Below, one piece after another: positions 38,291 to 47,531 of a stretch of DNA of 64,000 nt (the stretch's first letter is position 1; every line of letters starts with the position of its first letter). The stretch is from Polyangiaceae bacterium. GTDB lineage: Bacteria > Myxococcota_A > Polyangia > Polyangiales > Polyangiaceae. The stretch covers positions 1 to 64,000 of the forward strand of contig JBGANF010000033.1 of assembly GCA_044222475.1 (NCBI GenBank), written 5' to 3'. Both the position numbers and the translations under genes were made by a program. The notes beneath the pieces were generated by a model that was not told where the DNA came from, did not search any database, and worked only from the letters and a program-made list of their open reading frames with translations.

Positions 38291-39940
38291 ATGGTGGCCT
38301 CGATGCCGGCTCTCGTCCCGGATCTGTTCTCGCCCGTGGCGACCTCTCGGATCGAGGTCGAGCCGACGCGGCTCGCCTTCGCGCTCGCGTTCGCGAGCGG
38401 TGTCTCGGGTGGTCTCTTCAGCGACGCGCTCGCGAAGGCCACCGTCGAGCCGTCGACCTGGGATCCATCGCAGTTCACGAACGATCTGTTCGTCCAGAAC
38501 TTCGTCTCGCTGTGCTTCAAGGTCCGCGCTGGCGACGGCGACGCGGTGGTGGCCACCGCCCACCTCGTGCGCGTGCTCACTCACCCGCCGTCCGACCCGG
38601 CCGTCGTCGAGTTCCGCCGGGCGATCACCCGCGAGCTGTCCGAGGACCCGAAGCTCCGTGAGGAGCTCGAGCGCCTCTACGTCGCCCTGGGCCGGTTTCG
38701 CACGCTCCTCGAGGGGGCGACGGGGATCGGCAAATGGGACGCGAACCGACGTCAGCTCGATCTGCTCGCGCTCATCAAGGAGATCATCGACTGCATGGCC
38801 GAAGGCTTCGCGAACGCGAAGTCGGGGCTTGCTCGCCTCGCCGAGTTCGGCGGGCGCGTGCGTGCAGGCGAGCCGTACCAGTCGCTCTCCGATTTGCTCC
38901 GCTACGACGCCGAGCTCGCGACGCTGAACCTCAGGATCAAGGTCGGCGCCGACGGCAAGATCCGAGGGTTCCAGCTGCTCGCGGTCGAAGAGAGCTCGGA
39001 CAACCCGTTCGCCAGCTCTCCGCTCCGGCGTTGGCTCGCGAAGATCGAGCTCTTCCTCCGCGGCTACTCGTTCGGTGACGGCGAGGTCATGGCTCGGCTC
39101 GTCGACGCCGTCTACGAAGGCATCGCCGACGAGGTCGTCCACTTCGTGCAGCTCCTCGGCGAGATCGAGCTCTACCTCGGCGCCCTCGGGTTTCGTGATC
39201 AAGCCCGCGCGGCCGGGCTCGAGGTGTGCCTGCCGGACATCGTCTCGGTCGACGAGCCGCGCGAGCTGGTCGCGCTCTTCAACCCGCTTCTCCTCGCGCA
39301 CGGCATCAAGCCGGTTCCGTGCGACCTGAAGGACGACCGACACGACACCACCATCCTCCTCACCGGACCGAACTCCGGGGGGAAGACCCGCCTGCTCCAG
39401 AGCCTCGGCCTCACGCAGCTGCTCGCGCAGGGCGGCCTCTTCGTGCCGGCGCGCAGCGGCAAGCTCGCGCTCGCGCCGGCGCTCGTCGTGTCGCTCATCC
39501 AGAACACTCTCGCCGATCAAGCCGAAGGTCGACTCGGCATGGAGCTGATCCGCATCCGCGCGCTCTTCGAGCGGCTGCCGCCCGGCGCGATGGTGATCCT
39601 CGACGAGCTCTGCTCCGGAACGAACCCGTCGGAGGGCGAGGAGATCTTCGAGCTCGTCATTCGCATGCTCACGCGGCTCCGCCCGCAAGCGATCATCACG
39701 ACGCACTTCCTCGCGTTCGCCGCGCGCCTCGAGCGCGAGAAGAAGATCCAGGACCTTCGGTTCCTCCAGGTGGCGCTCGGCAAGGATCATGAGCCGACCT
39801 ACCAGTTCACGCCGGGGGTCGCGGCCACGTCGCTCGCCGGCCATGCGGCTGCGAGGCTCGGCGTCACCGGCGATCAGCTGATGTCGCTCATCGAGCGCAA
39901 CATCAAAGAGGCGCGGCCCAAGGCCGAGGCCGAAGACTGA
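38291..39940 (+). CDS. MutS-related protein (ATPase domain V only)
   Basis: LFNPLL, LTGPNSGGKT, VILDELCSGT, ITTHF; no mismatch-binding or Smr domain recognisable. Confidence 0.82.
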   Translation: MVASMPALVPDLFSPVATSRIEVEPTRLAFALAFASGVSGGLFSDALAKATVEPSTWDPSQFTNDLFVQNFVSLCFKVRAGDGDAVVATAHLVRVLTHPPSDPAVVEFRRAITRELSEDPKLREELERLYVALGRFRTLLEGATGIGKWDANRRQLDLLALIKEIIDCMAEGFANAKSGLARLAEFGGRVRAGEPYQSLSDLLRYDAELATLNLRIKVGADGKIRGFQLLAVEESSDNPFASSPLRRWLAKIELFLRGYSFGDGEVMARLVDAVYEGIADEVVHFVQLLGEIELYLGALGFRDQARAAGLEVCLPDIVSVDEPRELVALFNPLLLAHGIKPVPCDLKDDRHDTTILLTGPNSGGKTRLLQSLGLTQLLAQGGLFVPARSGKLALAPALVVSLIQNTLADQAEGRLGMELIRIRALFERLPPGAMVILDELCSGTNPSEGEEIFELVIRMLTRLRPQAIITTHFLAFAARLEREKKIQDLRFLQVALGKDHEPTYQFTPGVAATSLAGHAAARLGVTGDQLMSLIERNIKEARPKAEAED

Positions 39941-40929
39941 TGTCGAGCTTCCTCACCAACCCGAAGATGCACCCGGCACTGGCGGCGCGCGTCGACGCGA
40001 GCGTGCGCGGCCGGCGCGGGTCACCGGGGGATGCGGGCGCAGCAGCCAACGTGCGCGCGTTGATCCGGCTGGTCGTGGTGGTCGTCGTCGCGAGCTTGGG
40101 AGCGTGGATCTTCGTCACCCAACGGCGGGAGAGCGCGCGCATCGATCGCGAGCGCACCCTCCTCGTCGACATCGTCCACGGACACCAGGCGCTCCTGACC
40201 GAGCGCGACCGCGGAGCGTTCGCGCGCGACGCCGCGTGGCTCGGCAGCCTCTCGGGAAACTACGAGGGCGACCTCGTCGCGACCGAGCTGGCTGCACCGG
40301 GCGTCCTCGACGCGACGCTCGCGCGCCCCGCGGTGTACGTCCATGGACCGGTCGGCTCGTTCGCGACGCCCGCTCTCGTCGAAGAGATCGCGCTCGAGTC
40401 GGTGAAGGACACGCTCCTCTTGTGTCTGCTCGATCCTCCGGCGGCGCGATCGGAGAAGGCCGTCCTCGAGAAGGTGCGCCTCGCGTACGGCGCCGGCGAC
40501 TCGATCGACTCGTTCACGCCCAACGTGACGCGCCTCGCCGACGCGCGCGCTACGCTGCGCCTGCTCTCGCCCGAGTGGGAGGCCAAGGTGCGGGCGGCGG
40601 ACTCGTCGTCGCTCGGGAAGCTCCAAGCGGAGCTCGACCGCACTCCGATCGAGAGCGGCAAGCGCGCGCTCAAAGCCGGCATCCTGATCGCAGCGTTCGA
40701 CGAGCACGCACCGGTGACCGGCCCAGCCGAGCTCGACGGCGAGCGCGCGCACCTGGTGCGCGTGGCGATCGTCGACCTCGCGTTCGACAAGGTGCTGCTG
40801 CGCGTGCGCCGCCGCGTCGATCCCGGCGATTGGTCCGAGCGATCGCGCACGACGTACGCCCGCGGCCTCGACGAGTGCGGGCTCGCGTTCGACGTGCGCA
40901 GCGCGGCGGTACCGGCGGCGAAGCCGTAG
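39940..40929 (+). CDS. Hypothetical protein with N-terminal TM anchor
   Basis: TGATG overlap with the MutS-like gene; TM LVVVVVVASLGAWIFV. Confidence 0.7.
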   Translation: MSSFLTNPKMHPALAARVDASVRGRRGSPGDAGAAANVRALIRLVVVVVVASLGAWIFVTQRRESARIDRERTLLVDIVHGHQALLTERDRGAFARDAAWLGSLSGNYEGDLVATELAAPGVLDATLARPAVYVHGPVGSFATPALVEEIALESVKDTLLLCLLDPPAARSEKAVLEKVRLAYGAGDSIDSFTPNVTRLADARATLRLLSPEWEAKVRAADSSSLGKLQAELDRTPIESGKRALKAGILIAAFDEHAPVTGPAELDGERAHLVRVAIVDLAFDKVLLRVRRRVDPGDWSERSRTTYARGLDECGLAFDVRSAAVPAAKP

Positions 40930-40934
40930 GTGGG

Positions 40935-41258
40935 CTACTTGCCGCCGTCGGTCGGTGGGACGCCGTACGGCGGCACGGCGATCTGATCGATGAAGTCCGC
41001 GTCGGGCGGTGCGTCCGCTCGGGCGTCCTTCGCCGCCGCATCCGGAGTGGACGCGTCTGCGCCCGCATCGCCGGCCGGTGCGACGGTACCGCCGCAGGCG
41101 ACGCCCATCGCGGCGACCGCGGCGATCGCAGCGGCGCGGGTGAGGCGTCGGCGGACGATCGGTGCGGCGTGGCCTGCAGCGAACGCGCACTTGCAGAAGG
41201 GGCAGCGAGCCTCCGCTCCGCGAACGAGACGCGAGCAGGAAAGACAAGGCGTGAGCAT
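40935..41258 (-). CDS. Small zinc-ribbon / lipobox / YG-motif protein (paralog B)
   Basis: CLSCSRLVR..CPFC, RRRLTRAA..GVAC-GGT, DASTPDA, C-terminal VPPYGVPP. Confidence 0.75.
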   Translation of the reverse strand: MLTPCLSCSRLVRGAEARCPFCKCAFAAGHAAPIVRRRLTRAAAIAAVAAMGVACGGTVAPAGDAGADASTPDAAAKDARADAPPDADFIDQIAVPPYGVPPTDGGK

Positions 41259-41300
41259 GCTGCGGAGCATACCAGCTGGAGGCGGGATACGCTGAGCGCG

Positions 41301-42170
41301 ATGGGAAGGATCGCGGTGATCGGACCAGGGGCCGTCGGCGGCACGATCGCCACCCACCTAGCGACCGCCCGGCACGAAGTGGTCCTCGCCGCGCGGACGC
41401 CTCGGACGAGGATCGAGGTGGAGACACCCGAGGGTGTCATCGGCGCATCGTTCTCGACGATCGTCGACCCGACCGAGGGCGTCGGCGCGGGCTACGACTG
41501 GATCCTGGTGTGCACCAAGGCGTACGACCTCGCGCCGACGGCGAAGTGGCTCACCGCGCTGCGCGGTGCCCACACGCCGGTCGCAGTGCTCCAGAACGGC
41601 GTCGAGCACCGGGAGCGGTTCGCGGCTCACGTGCCGGCGTCTCAGATCCTACCCGTCGTCGTCGAGTGCTCCGCCGAGCGACTCGCTCCGGAGCGCATTC
41701 GCCAGCGCAATCGGGCTCGGTTGGTCGTCCCAAGTGGGGACCTCGGCGGTCGCTTCGTCGCGCTCTTCGACCGCACCGGCGTCGAGGTCAGCCAGACGAG
41801 CGACTGGGTCAGCGCCGCGTGGCGGAAGCTCTGTCTCAACGTCGCGGGTACGGTGCCTGCGTTGCTCGCGCGAACGAACGCGGTCGCGCGCCACGAAGGC
41901 GCTGCCCGAGTCATTCGCGCGCTCGTGACGGAGTGCATCGCGGTCGGTCGCGCCGAGGGGGCGGTCCTCGAAGATGCGCTCGTCGACGAGGTGGTCACGC
42001 GCATGTCGCGCTCCGACACCACCAACTCGCTGACCGCCGATCGGATGGCGGGTCGACCGATGGAGATCGACGCGCGCAACGGGGTCCTCGCGCGCCTCGG
42101 AGCGAAGCATGGGATCGCGACGCCGGTGAACGCGCTCATGGTCGCGCTCCTCGAGGCCGTGCAGGCCTGA
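41301..42170 (+). CDS. panE: 2-dehydropantoate 2-reductase (ketopantoate reductase family)
   Basis: IAVIGPGAVG, CTKAYD, VLQNGV, WRKLCLN, SLTADR..GRPMEIDARNG. Confidence 0.85.
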   Translation: MGRIAVIGPGAVGGTIATHLATARHEVVLAARTPRTRIEVETPEGVIGASFSTIVDPTEGVGAGYDWILVCTKAYDLAPTAKWLTALRGAHTPVAVLQNGVEHRERFAAHVPASQILPVVVECSAERLAPERIRQRNRARLVVPSGDLGGRFVALFDRTGVEVSQTSDWVSAAWRKLCLNVAGTVPALLARTNAVARHEGAARVIRALVTECIAVGRAEGAVLEDALVDEVVTRMSRSDTTNSLTADRMAGRPMEIDARNGVLARLGAKHGIATPVNALMVALLEAVQA

Positions 42171-42171
42171 C

Positions 42172-44340
42172 TCACTGCTTCATCGGGTGGACGTGGACCG
42201 GGTCGCGCTCGAGCGCGCACCCCGGCACCTTCGCCGAGCACTTCCCTTTGATCGCGGGGCCGTCGTCGGGGAGCCGTCGCTCCAGGAACGCGGCGCGCGC
42301 GGCGTCGCACTCGGGCTGCGGCGCGCCGAGCGCGTCGAGGGAGAGCGACTGCACCCGAAGGGCGTCCGCGTCGCGAGGAAACAGCACGAGCGCCGAGCGC
42401 GCCGCGTCGAGCGCGGCCTGCGGGCGGTTCGCGCTGCCGAGCACGACCGCGAGCCGTGACCACCCTGCGTCGTCGAGCGGCGCGCGACGCGCCGCGGCGT
42501 CGAGCCACGGCGCCGCTTCGCCGAAGCGCCAGACCTGAGCGAGCGCCTCGCCGCGCACGCGGAGGAGGAAGGGATGTCCCGGTGCGTCGACCTCTGCGTC
42601 GTCGGCGAGGGCGAGCGCCTCGTCGGGCCGCCCTTGCCGAGCGGCGAGCAGAGCCAGCAGCGCGGTCGCCATCGCGCGTTGCTTCGGAGTCTGCGCGGCC
42701 CGCTGGGCGAACGCGAGCACGGCGCGACCTTCGTCGAGCCGCTCTTGAAGCACGTGCGAGAGTCCGAGGGCGTAGTCGTACGCGCGCTGGAAATCGCGGG
42801 CGGCGTCGCGGGCGGCACCGGAGCCGAGCGTGACCTCGGCGTCGGCGACGTCGGTGATGGGCTCTGGAGCGCAGGGATCGAGGGCGAACGTGCGGAGGTC
42901 GAGCTTGGCCTCCGTTCGAGCGAACGCCTGAGACGTCTGATCCTTCATCGCGTCGCAGGCGAGCGCTTGAACCGGCAGGCTCCGCGTGCGGTGGCGGAGC
43001 CGCGCATGGACGGTGAGCGGCAGCGCCGCCGCCTCGGGGACGACGAACGAATACTCGCTGAGCTCGGCGTCGCGCGGGGCGATCGTGTGGTTGGTGACGA
43101 CGACGCGAAAGCGGTCGGTCTCGCGTTGGTCGACTGGCTTGCCGCTCTCGTCGAGCTGCACGGCACGAAGGACGTGGGCCGTCGGATCGCTCCAGGTGCG
43201 CTCGTGGTCTGCTCCGGCGCTCGCGACGACGTTGCCGCTCGCGTCGCGGACGACGACCTCGAACCAGACGTCGTCGGCGTCCATGACGCCGCCGGGGAAC
43301 CGATGTCCCACGTTGGTATTGCGGGCGACGACGTCGACGACGAGCTTCTCGCCTGGGCGCACCGCCGCGCCGTCGGGCAAGAGGTCGCGCTTGCCGTCCT
43401 CGTGGCGGATCGCGGCGACGTCGATGGTCGCGGCGCCTCGCAGCATCGCCCGCTCGTGATCGAGCGCGTCGGGATCGTTGCGCATCGCCGCCAGCCAGGT
43501 GTGCGGCCCAGCGAAGCGGTGCGAGGAGACGACGCCGTTCTTCGCCGCTTGATCGCCGCGCGTCGCCCGCTCCTTCTCCATGTGGCAGCTCTGGCAGGTA
43601 CGTTCGTCGATCTCCGCGTCGAGCAACGAAGCGCGCTGGCCCGCCCACGCGGAGCGCTGCCACGACCCGGCCTCGTCCTGGGTGTTCAGGTGGTGGGCGT
43701 TGCCGGTGGTCTGATCGAGGAACGCGCGGTGACACGACGAGCAGAGCGCCGCCGTCCGCAGCGGCTTGGGCGCAGCGGCGACCTTGTGCCGCGCGACGCT
43801 TGCGGGGTCGCCGTCCTTCGGGACCTCGATCGGCGTCAGGTGCACGTCGAAGCTCGCGTTGCCGTCGGTGCGTGTGGACTCGATGCCGTGACACATGCGG
43901 CACGTGATGCCGGCGTGCGCGCGGGCGTCGGTCGGAACGACCTCGCCGTCCATCGTATGATCGACCATCAACGAGACGTCGTGGCAGCCGCCGCAGAAGC
44001 GGCTCTTGTCGTTGCCGGCGACCTTGCGGAAGCGGAGGACCGAGGCTCGGTAGATCGGGTTGTCGAACGACGCGAAGGCGTGCACGCTCGTCTGCCACTG
44101 GGCGGCGACGTCGGCATGGCACGAGGCGCAGCTCTCGACCTCGTCGACGCGAACGCTCGGATCGCGCGCGACGACGCGCATCGCCGAAGGCCCGAAATCC
44201 GCAGGTACGGTCGGGATCGATCCGGTGAGCGGACCGGCGGCCGGCCCGAGGTCGGGCGCGCTCTCCTTGGCGCTGCGTTGCGCGTCGCCACCACAAGCGG
44301 CGACCACGAGCAGAGCGAGGAGCGCGCGCGGACGGCTCAC
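42172..44340 (-). CDS. Five-heme c-type cytochrome lipoprotein with C-terminal TPR-like repeats
   Basis: GTG start overlapping the upstream TGA; LLVVAAC lipobox; CASCH, CGGCH, CRMCH, CSSCH, CQSCH; VGHRFPGG; helical Ala-rich repeats; C-terminal ERDPVHVH. Confidence 0.88.
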   Translation of the reverse strand: MSRPRALLALLVVAACGGDAQRSAKESAPDLGPAAGPLTGSIPTVPADFGPSAMRVVARDPSVRVDEVESCASCHADVAAQWQTSVHAFASFDNPIYRASVLRFRKVAGNDKSRFCGGCHDVSLMVDHTMDGEVVPTDARAHAGITCRMCHGIESTRTDGNASFDVHLTPIEVPKDGDPASVARHKVAAAPKPLRTAALCSSCHRAFLDQTTGNAHHLNTQDEAGSWQRSAWAGQRASLLDAEIDERTCQSCHMEKERATRGDQAAKNGVVSSHRFAGPHTWLAAMRNDPDALDHERAMLRGAATIDVAAIRHEDGKRDLLPDGAAVRPGEKLVVDVVARNTNVGHRFPGGVMDADDVWFEVVVRDASGNVVASAGADHERTWSDPTAHVLRAVQLDESGKPVDQRETDRFRVVVTNHTIAPRDAELSEYSFVVPEAAALPLTVHARLRHRTRSLPVQALACDAMKDQTSQAFARTEAKLDLRTFALDPCAPEPITDVADAEVTLGSGAARDAARDFQRAYDYALGLSHVLQERLDEGRAVLAFAQRAAQTPKQRAMATALLALLAARQGRPDEALALADDAEVDAPGHPFLLRVRGEALAQVWRFGEAAPWLDAAARRAPLDDAGWSRLAVVLGSANRPQAALDAARSALVLFPRDADALRVQSLSLDALGAPQPECDAARAAFLERRLPDDGPAIKGKCSAKVPGCALERDPVHVHPMKQ

Positions 44341-45917
44341 GCCTTCTTCCGCCGCCGCAAGAGGGCCGTCACGACGAGGCCGCCGATGGCCATCGCCGCC
44401 CAGCTGCCGTTTCCGTCCGCGGTGCTGCAGCTGCCGCACCCGCCCGATCCCGACTTCGCGGCGGCCGATGCGGCGGCCGACGGGATCTGCGCCGCGGCGC
44501 TGGGCGTGGCGGCGACGGCGCTGGTCTTCTTGAAGTCGATCTCGGGGATGTCGTCCGTCACGTACGATGCGAGCTGCACGTCGCGCTTGGCGAACGCGAG
44601 ATCTCTCGCGGCCTTCGGCTGCGCTTGCTCCTGACCCGCGGGAGGTCCGCCCCAGCGGTGGCGGATCGGGTTCTTGCACTCGATCTTGCCGGTCCACGGG
44701 TGACGGATGGCGTAGCGCCCCTGGAAGTTGTCGTACGACGACGGTTGCGCGCCGACCTCGAGCTTGCCGTCCTTGCCGTTGATCCACTCGCGTCCACCGG
44801 CGATCGCTGGCGCGGCACGGAAGACGAGATCCTCGCCGAGGTTTTCCTTGCCGTAGCGCGCGTGGAGGCGCGTCAGGGTGAATCCCCACGGAGAGAACGC
44901 GCCGCCAGGGAGAGCGTCGCCACCGAGCGTCGCGATGTCTTGGGCGCTGAGGGCAGGGCCCGGACAGGGATCGCACGTCGATGCGCTCCACGAGTACTCG
45001 GTGACGATCGCGCCGGGGTTCTTCGCGATCGTCGCATCGAAGAGCGACGCGTAGAAGCCGCCGAAGTTCTCCTTGGTCGACTCGGTGACGTCGAGGTTCG
45101 TCGGGATCGTGACGTTCTTGTAGTTCGCGAGCTCGTAGCGCTTCCCACGGGCGAGGATGTGCACGATGAGGTCCTGCTTCCCCTTCGCGTTGAGGAGCCC
45201 GAGGCGCACCGGCAGCGTGAACGTCTCGCTGTCGTAGTGGAAGCGTAGCGGCGAGAGCATCGCCTGATGGTGCTCGTCGAAGGTGACCTTCTGCGGGTCG
45301 ACCTTGGCGACGAAGAACTTGCTGCCGGCTTGGACGTACGGCCGGAGGAACGGCTCGGCGCCTTCGGGGATGGAGTACTTCTGCTCCTTCAGCCACGTGT
45401 CGAGGCCGGTCGAGTCCTTCGCCGAGAGGATCAGGATCTCGTACTCGCCGACCGCGAACCTCGCTTCGATCTTCACGCCGTGGTCCACTGCATCGGGGGC
45501 GGCGTTTCCCTTGGCCCGCGTCGTCGCGGTCGCGACCGCCATGTCCTTCTCGTCCTCCATGTCGACGAAGCAGGGATCCATCTCCCAGTACTCGACGAGG
45601 CGCGGCGCATCGAGGGTGTCGAGGTGGGTGAAGAGCTCGCGCGGGAGCGTCTTCACGTTCTCCTTCTGGAGCACGACGGGGACCGGGACCACCATGGCGA
45701 AGCGCTCGGGCGGACCCTCGTAGTTGTTCTGCATCGAGAGCACGGTGCGCGTGCCGTCCCGGAGCAGCGCGACTTGCGTCGCGTTGTTGTAGAGGGGCTT
45801 GTTCGCCTCGGCGACGTAGAACCCGCAAAACGCGCTCGCGACCGAGGGCGCGAGGGCGAGGGCGAGGGCGGTGGCGACGGGGAGGGCGGTTCTCATGGTC
45901 ACGGTTCTACGCATCAT
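44337..45917 (-). CDS. DUF2330-like surface protein with MYXO-CTERM-like tail (copy 4 in transcription order)
   Basis: Signal peptide then AFCGFYV, SMQNNYEGPP, PRLVEYWEMDPC, FFVAKVD, LSPLRF, CDPCP, LTRLHARY; tail GGCGSC-TM-RRRKK. Start may be 45896. Confidence 0.85.
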   Translation of the reverse strand: MMRRTVTMRTALPVATALALALAPSVASAFCGFYVAEANKPLYNNATQVALLRDGTRTVLSMQNNYEGPPERFAMVVPVPVVLQKENVKTLPRELFTHLDTLDAPRLVEYWEMDPCFVDMEDEKDMAVATATTRAKGNAAPDAVDHGVKIEARFAVGEYEILILSAKDSTGLDTWLKEQKYSIPEGAEPFLRPYVQAGSKFFVAKVDPQKVTFDEHHQAMLSPLRFHYDSETFTLPVRLGLLNAKGKQDLIVHILARGKRYELANYKNVTIPTNLDVTESTKENFGGFYASLFDATIAKNPGAIVTEYSWSASTCDPCPGPALSAQDIATLGGDALPGGAFSPWGFTLTRLHARYGKENLGEDLVFRAAPAIAGGREWINGKDGKLEVGAQPSSYDNFQGRYAIRHPWTGKIECKNPIRHRWGGPPAGQEQAQPKAARDLAFAKRDVQLASYVTDDIPEIDFKKTSAVAATPSAAAQIPSAAASAAAKSGSGGCGSCSTADGNGSWAAMAIGGLVVTALLRRRKKA

Positions 45918-47515
45918 CGTGGTCTTCGATCTCGGCGGCGCCTCAGCAGCGCAGCCAGGCCGAACGCGCCGCCGATGGCGAGCGGCCACTGCGAGGCGGA
46001 CCCCTCGCTGGTCGAGCACGACCCACAGCCACCGCCCGACGACGCCGGCTTCGCACTCGCGCCGGGCGCTGGGGTGGCGGAAGCGCTCGCCACCGCGACC
46101 GGCGGCGGACCTCCGGGAACGATGAACGAGGCGAGGAGCGCTTTGTCGCGCTTCGCGAAGCCGAGTTGGGTCGCCGCCGCAGGGCTCGACGAGCCGGTGT
46201 GACCTGCAGGCGGGCCGCCCCAGCGGCCGCGCTGGGGCGACGCGCACTCGATCGGTCCCGTCCAGGGGTGGCGGATCGCGTAGCGCGCTTGGAAGTTGTT
46301 CGTCGACGCCGGCTTCGCGTCCTCCTCGAGCTTGCCCGACGCGTCGCGGATCTCGCGCCCACCGACGATCGCCGGAGCCGCGCGGAAGACGAGATCGTCG
46401 CCGAGCGACGTCTTGTTGTATCGTGCATGCAATCGGGTGAGCGTCCATCCGCCTCCGCCTCGGACGCCGCGAAACGGAGTCGGACCTGGGGCTGCGCCGG
46501 GGCCGGTGCCGGTGCCAGGCAGCCCGTCGATGACGTCGCCACCGAGGGTCGCTATGTCACTGAACGAGAGCGCCGGCCCCGGGCACGGATCGCAAGTCGA
46601 CGCATCCCACGAGTACTCGGTGACCACGCTCTTCGGGTGCTTGGCGACGGTGTCGTCGAAGAGCGCCGCGTAGCGGCCGCCGAAGTCCTGGCGCGCGTCG
46701 TCCTTCACGTCGAGGTTCGTCGGGATCGTGACGTTCTCGTAGTTGGCAGCCTCGAAGCGCTTCCCGCGCGAGAGGATGTGGACGATGAGATCCTGATCGT
46801 CCTTCGCGTTGAGGAGGCCTAGGCGGATCGGGAGGCTGAACGCCTCGGTGTCGTAGAAAAAGCGCAGCGGCGAGAGCATCGCCTGATGGTGCTCGTCGAA
46901 GACGACCTTCTGCGGGTCGACCTTGGCGACGAAGAATTTGCTCCCCGCGGCGACGTAGGGGCGGAGCACCGGCTCGGCGCCCTCGGGGATCGCGTATTTT
47001 TCCTGCTTCAACCAGGTGTCGAGCCCAGTCGAGTCTTTCGCCGAAAGGATGACGATCTCGTATTCACCCGCGGTGAACTGGGCCTCGACCGTGACGCCGA
47101 GATCGCTGCCGCGGCCTCCGGCCCTGGCGGTCATCGGAACCGCGCCCGGACCGAAGTTTACCTTCTCCTCCATCGGGGGATCGACGCGGCACGGGTCCTT
47201 CTCCCAGTATTCGACGAGGCGCGGCGAGTCGAGCTGATCGACGTGAGCGAAGAGCTCGCGCGCGAGCGTCTTCACGTTCGCCTTCTGCAGCACGACCGGG
47301 ACCGGAATGACGACCGCGAACTTCTCCGGCGGGCCCTCGTAGTTGTTCTGCATCGAGAGCACGGTGCGCGTGCCTTCGCGCATGAGCACGACCTGGGTGG
47401 CGTTGTTGTAGAGGGGCTTGTTCGCCTCGGCGACGTAGAAGCCGCAGAACGCGCTGGCGACCGACGGTGCGAGGAGCACGGCAGCGACGCCCAGGCTGAG
47501 CGGGATCTTTCTCAT
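45914..47515 (-). CDS. DUF2330-like surface protein with MYXO-CTERM-like tail (copy 3)
   Basis: Same scaffold motifs; tail GGCGSC-TM-RRRR; stop overlaps the next start (ATGA). Confidence 0.85.
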   Translation of the reverse strand: MRKIPLSLGVAAVLLAPSVASAFCGFYVAEANKPLYNNATQVVLMREGTRTVLSMQNNYEGPPEKFAVVIPVPVVLQKANVKTLARELFAHVDQLDSPRLVEYWEKDPCRVDPPMEEKVNFGPGAVPMTARAGGRGSDLGVTVEAQFTAGEYEIVILSAKDSTGLDTWLKQEKYAIPEGAEPVLRPYVAAGSKFFVAKVDPQKVVFDEHHQAMLSPLRFFYDTEAFSLPIRLGLLNAKDDQDLIVHILSRGKRFEAANYENVTIPTNLDVKDDARQDFGGRYAALFDDTVAKHPKSVVTEYSWDASTCDPCPGPALSFSDIATLGGDVIDGLPGTGTGPGAAPGPTPFRGVRGGGGWTLTRLHARYNKTSLGDDLVFRAAPAIVGGREIRDASGKLEEDAKPASTNNFQARYAIRHPWTGPIECASPQRGRWGGPPAGHTGSSSPAAATQLGFAKRDKALLASFIVPGGPPPVAVASASATPAPGASAKPASSGGGCGSCSTSEGSASQWPLAIGGAFGLAALLRRRRDRRPR

Positions 47516-47531
47516 GGAGGCGAGCATAGCC

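Noticed and set aside
44341..45828. Apparent 1218-aa cytochrome ORF (42172-45828) suggesting a fusion or frameshift with the DUF2330 gene
   Set aside because: The extension is an Arg-rich off-frame reading of the DUF2330 gene. The cytochrome has its own GTG start and lipobox at 44340, overlapping the upstream TGA.
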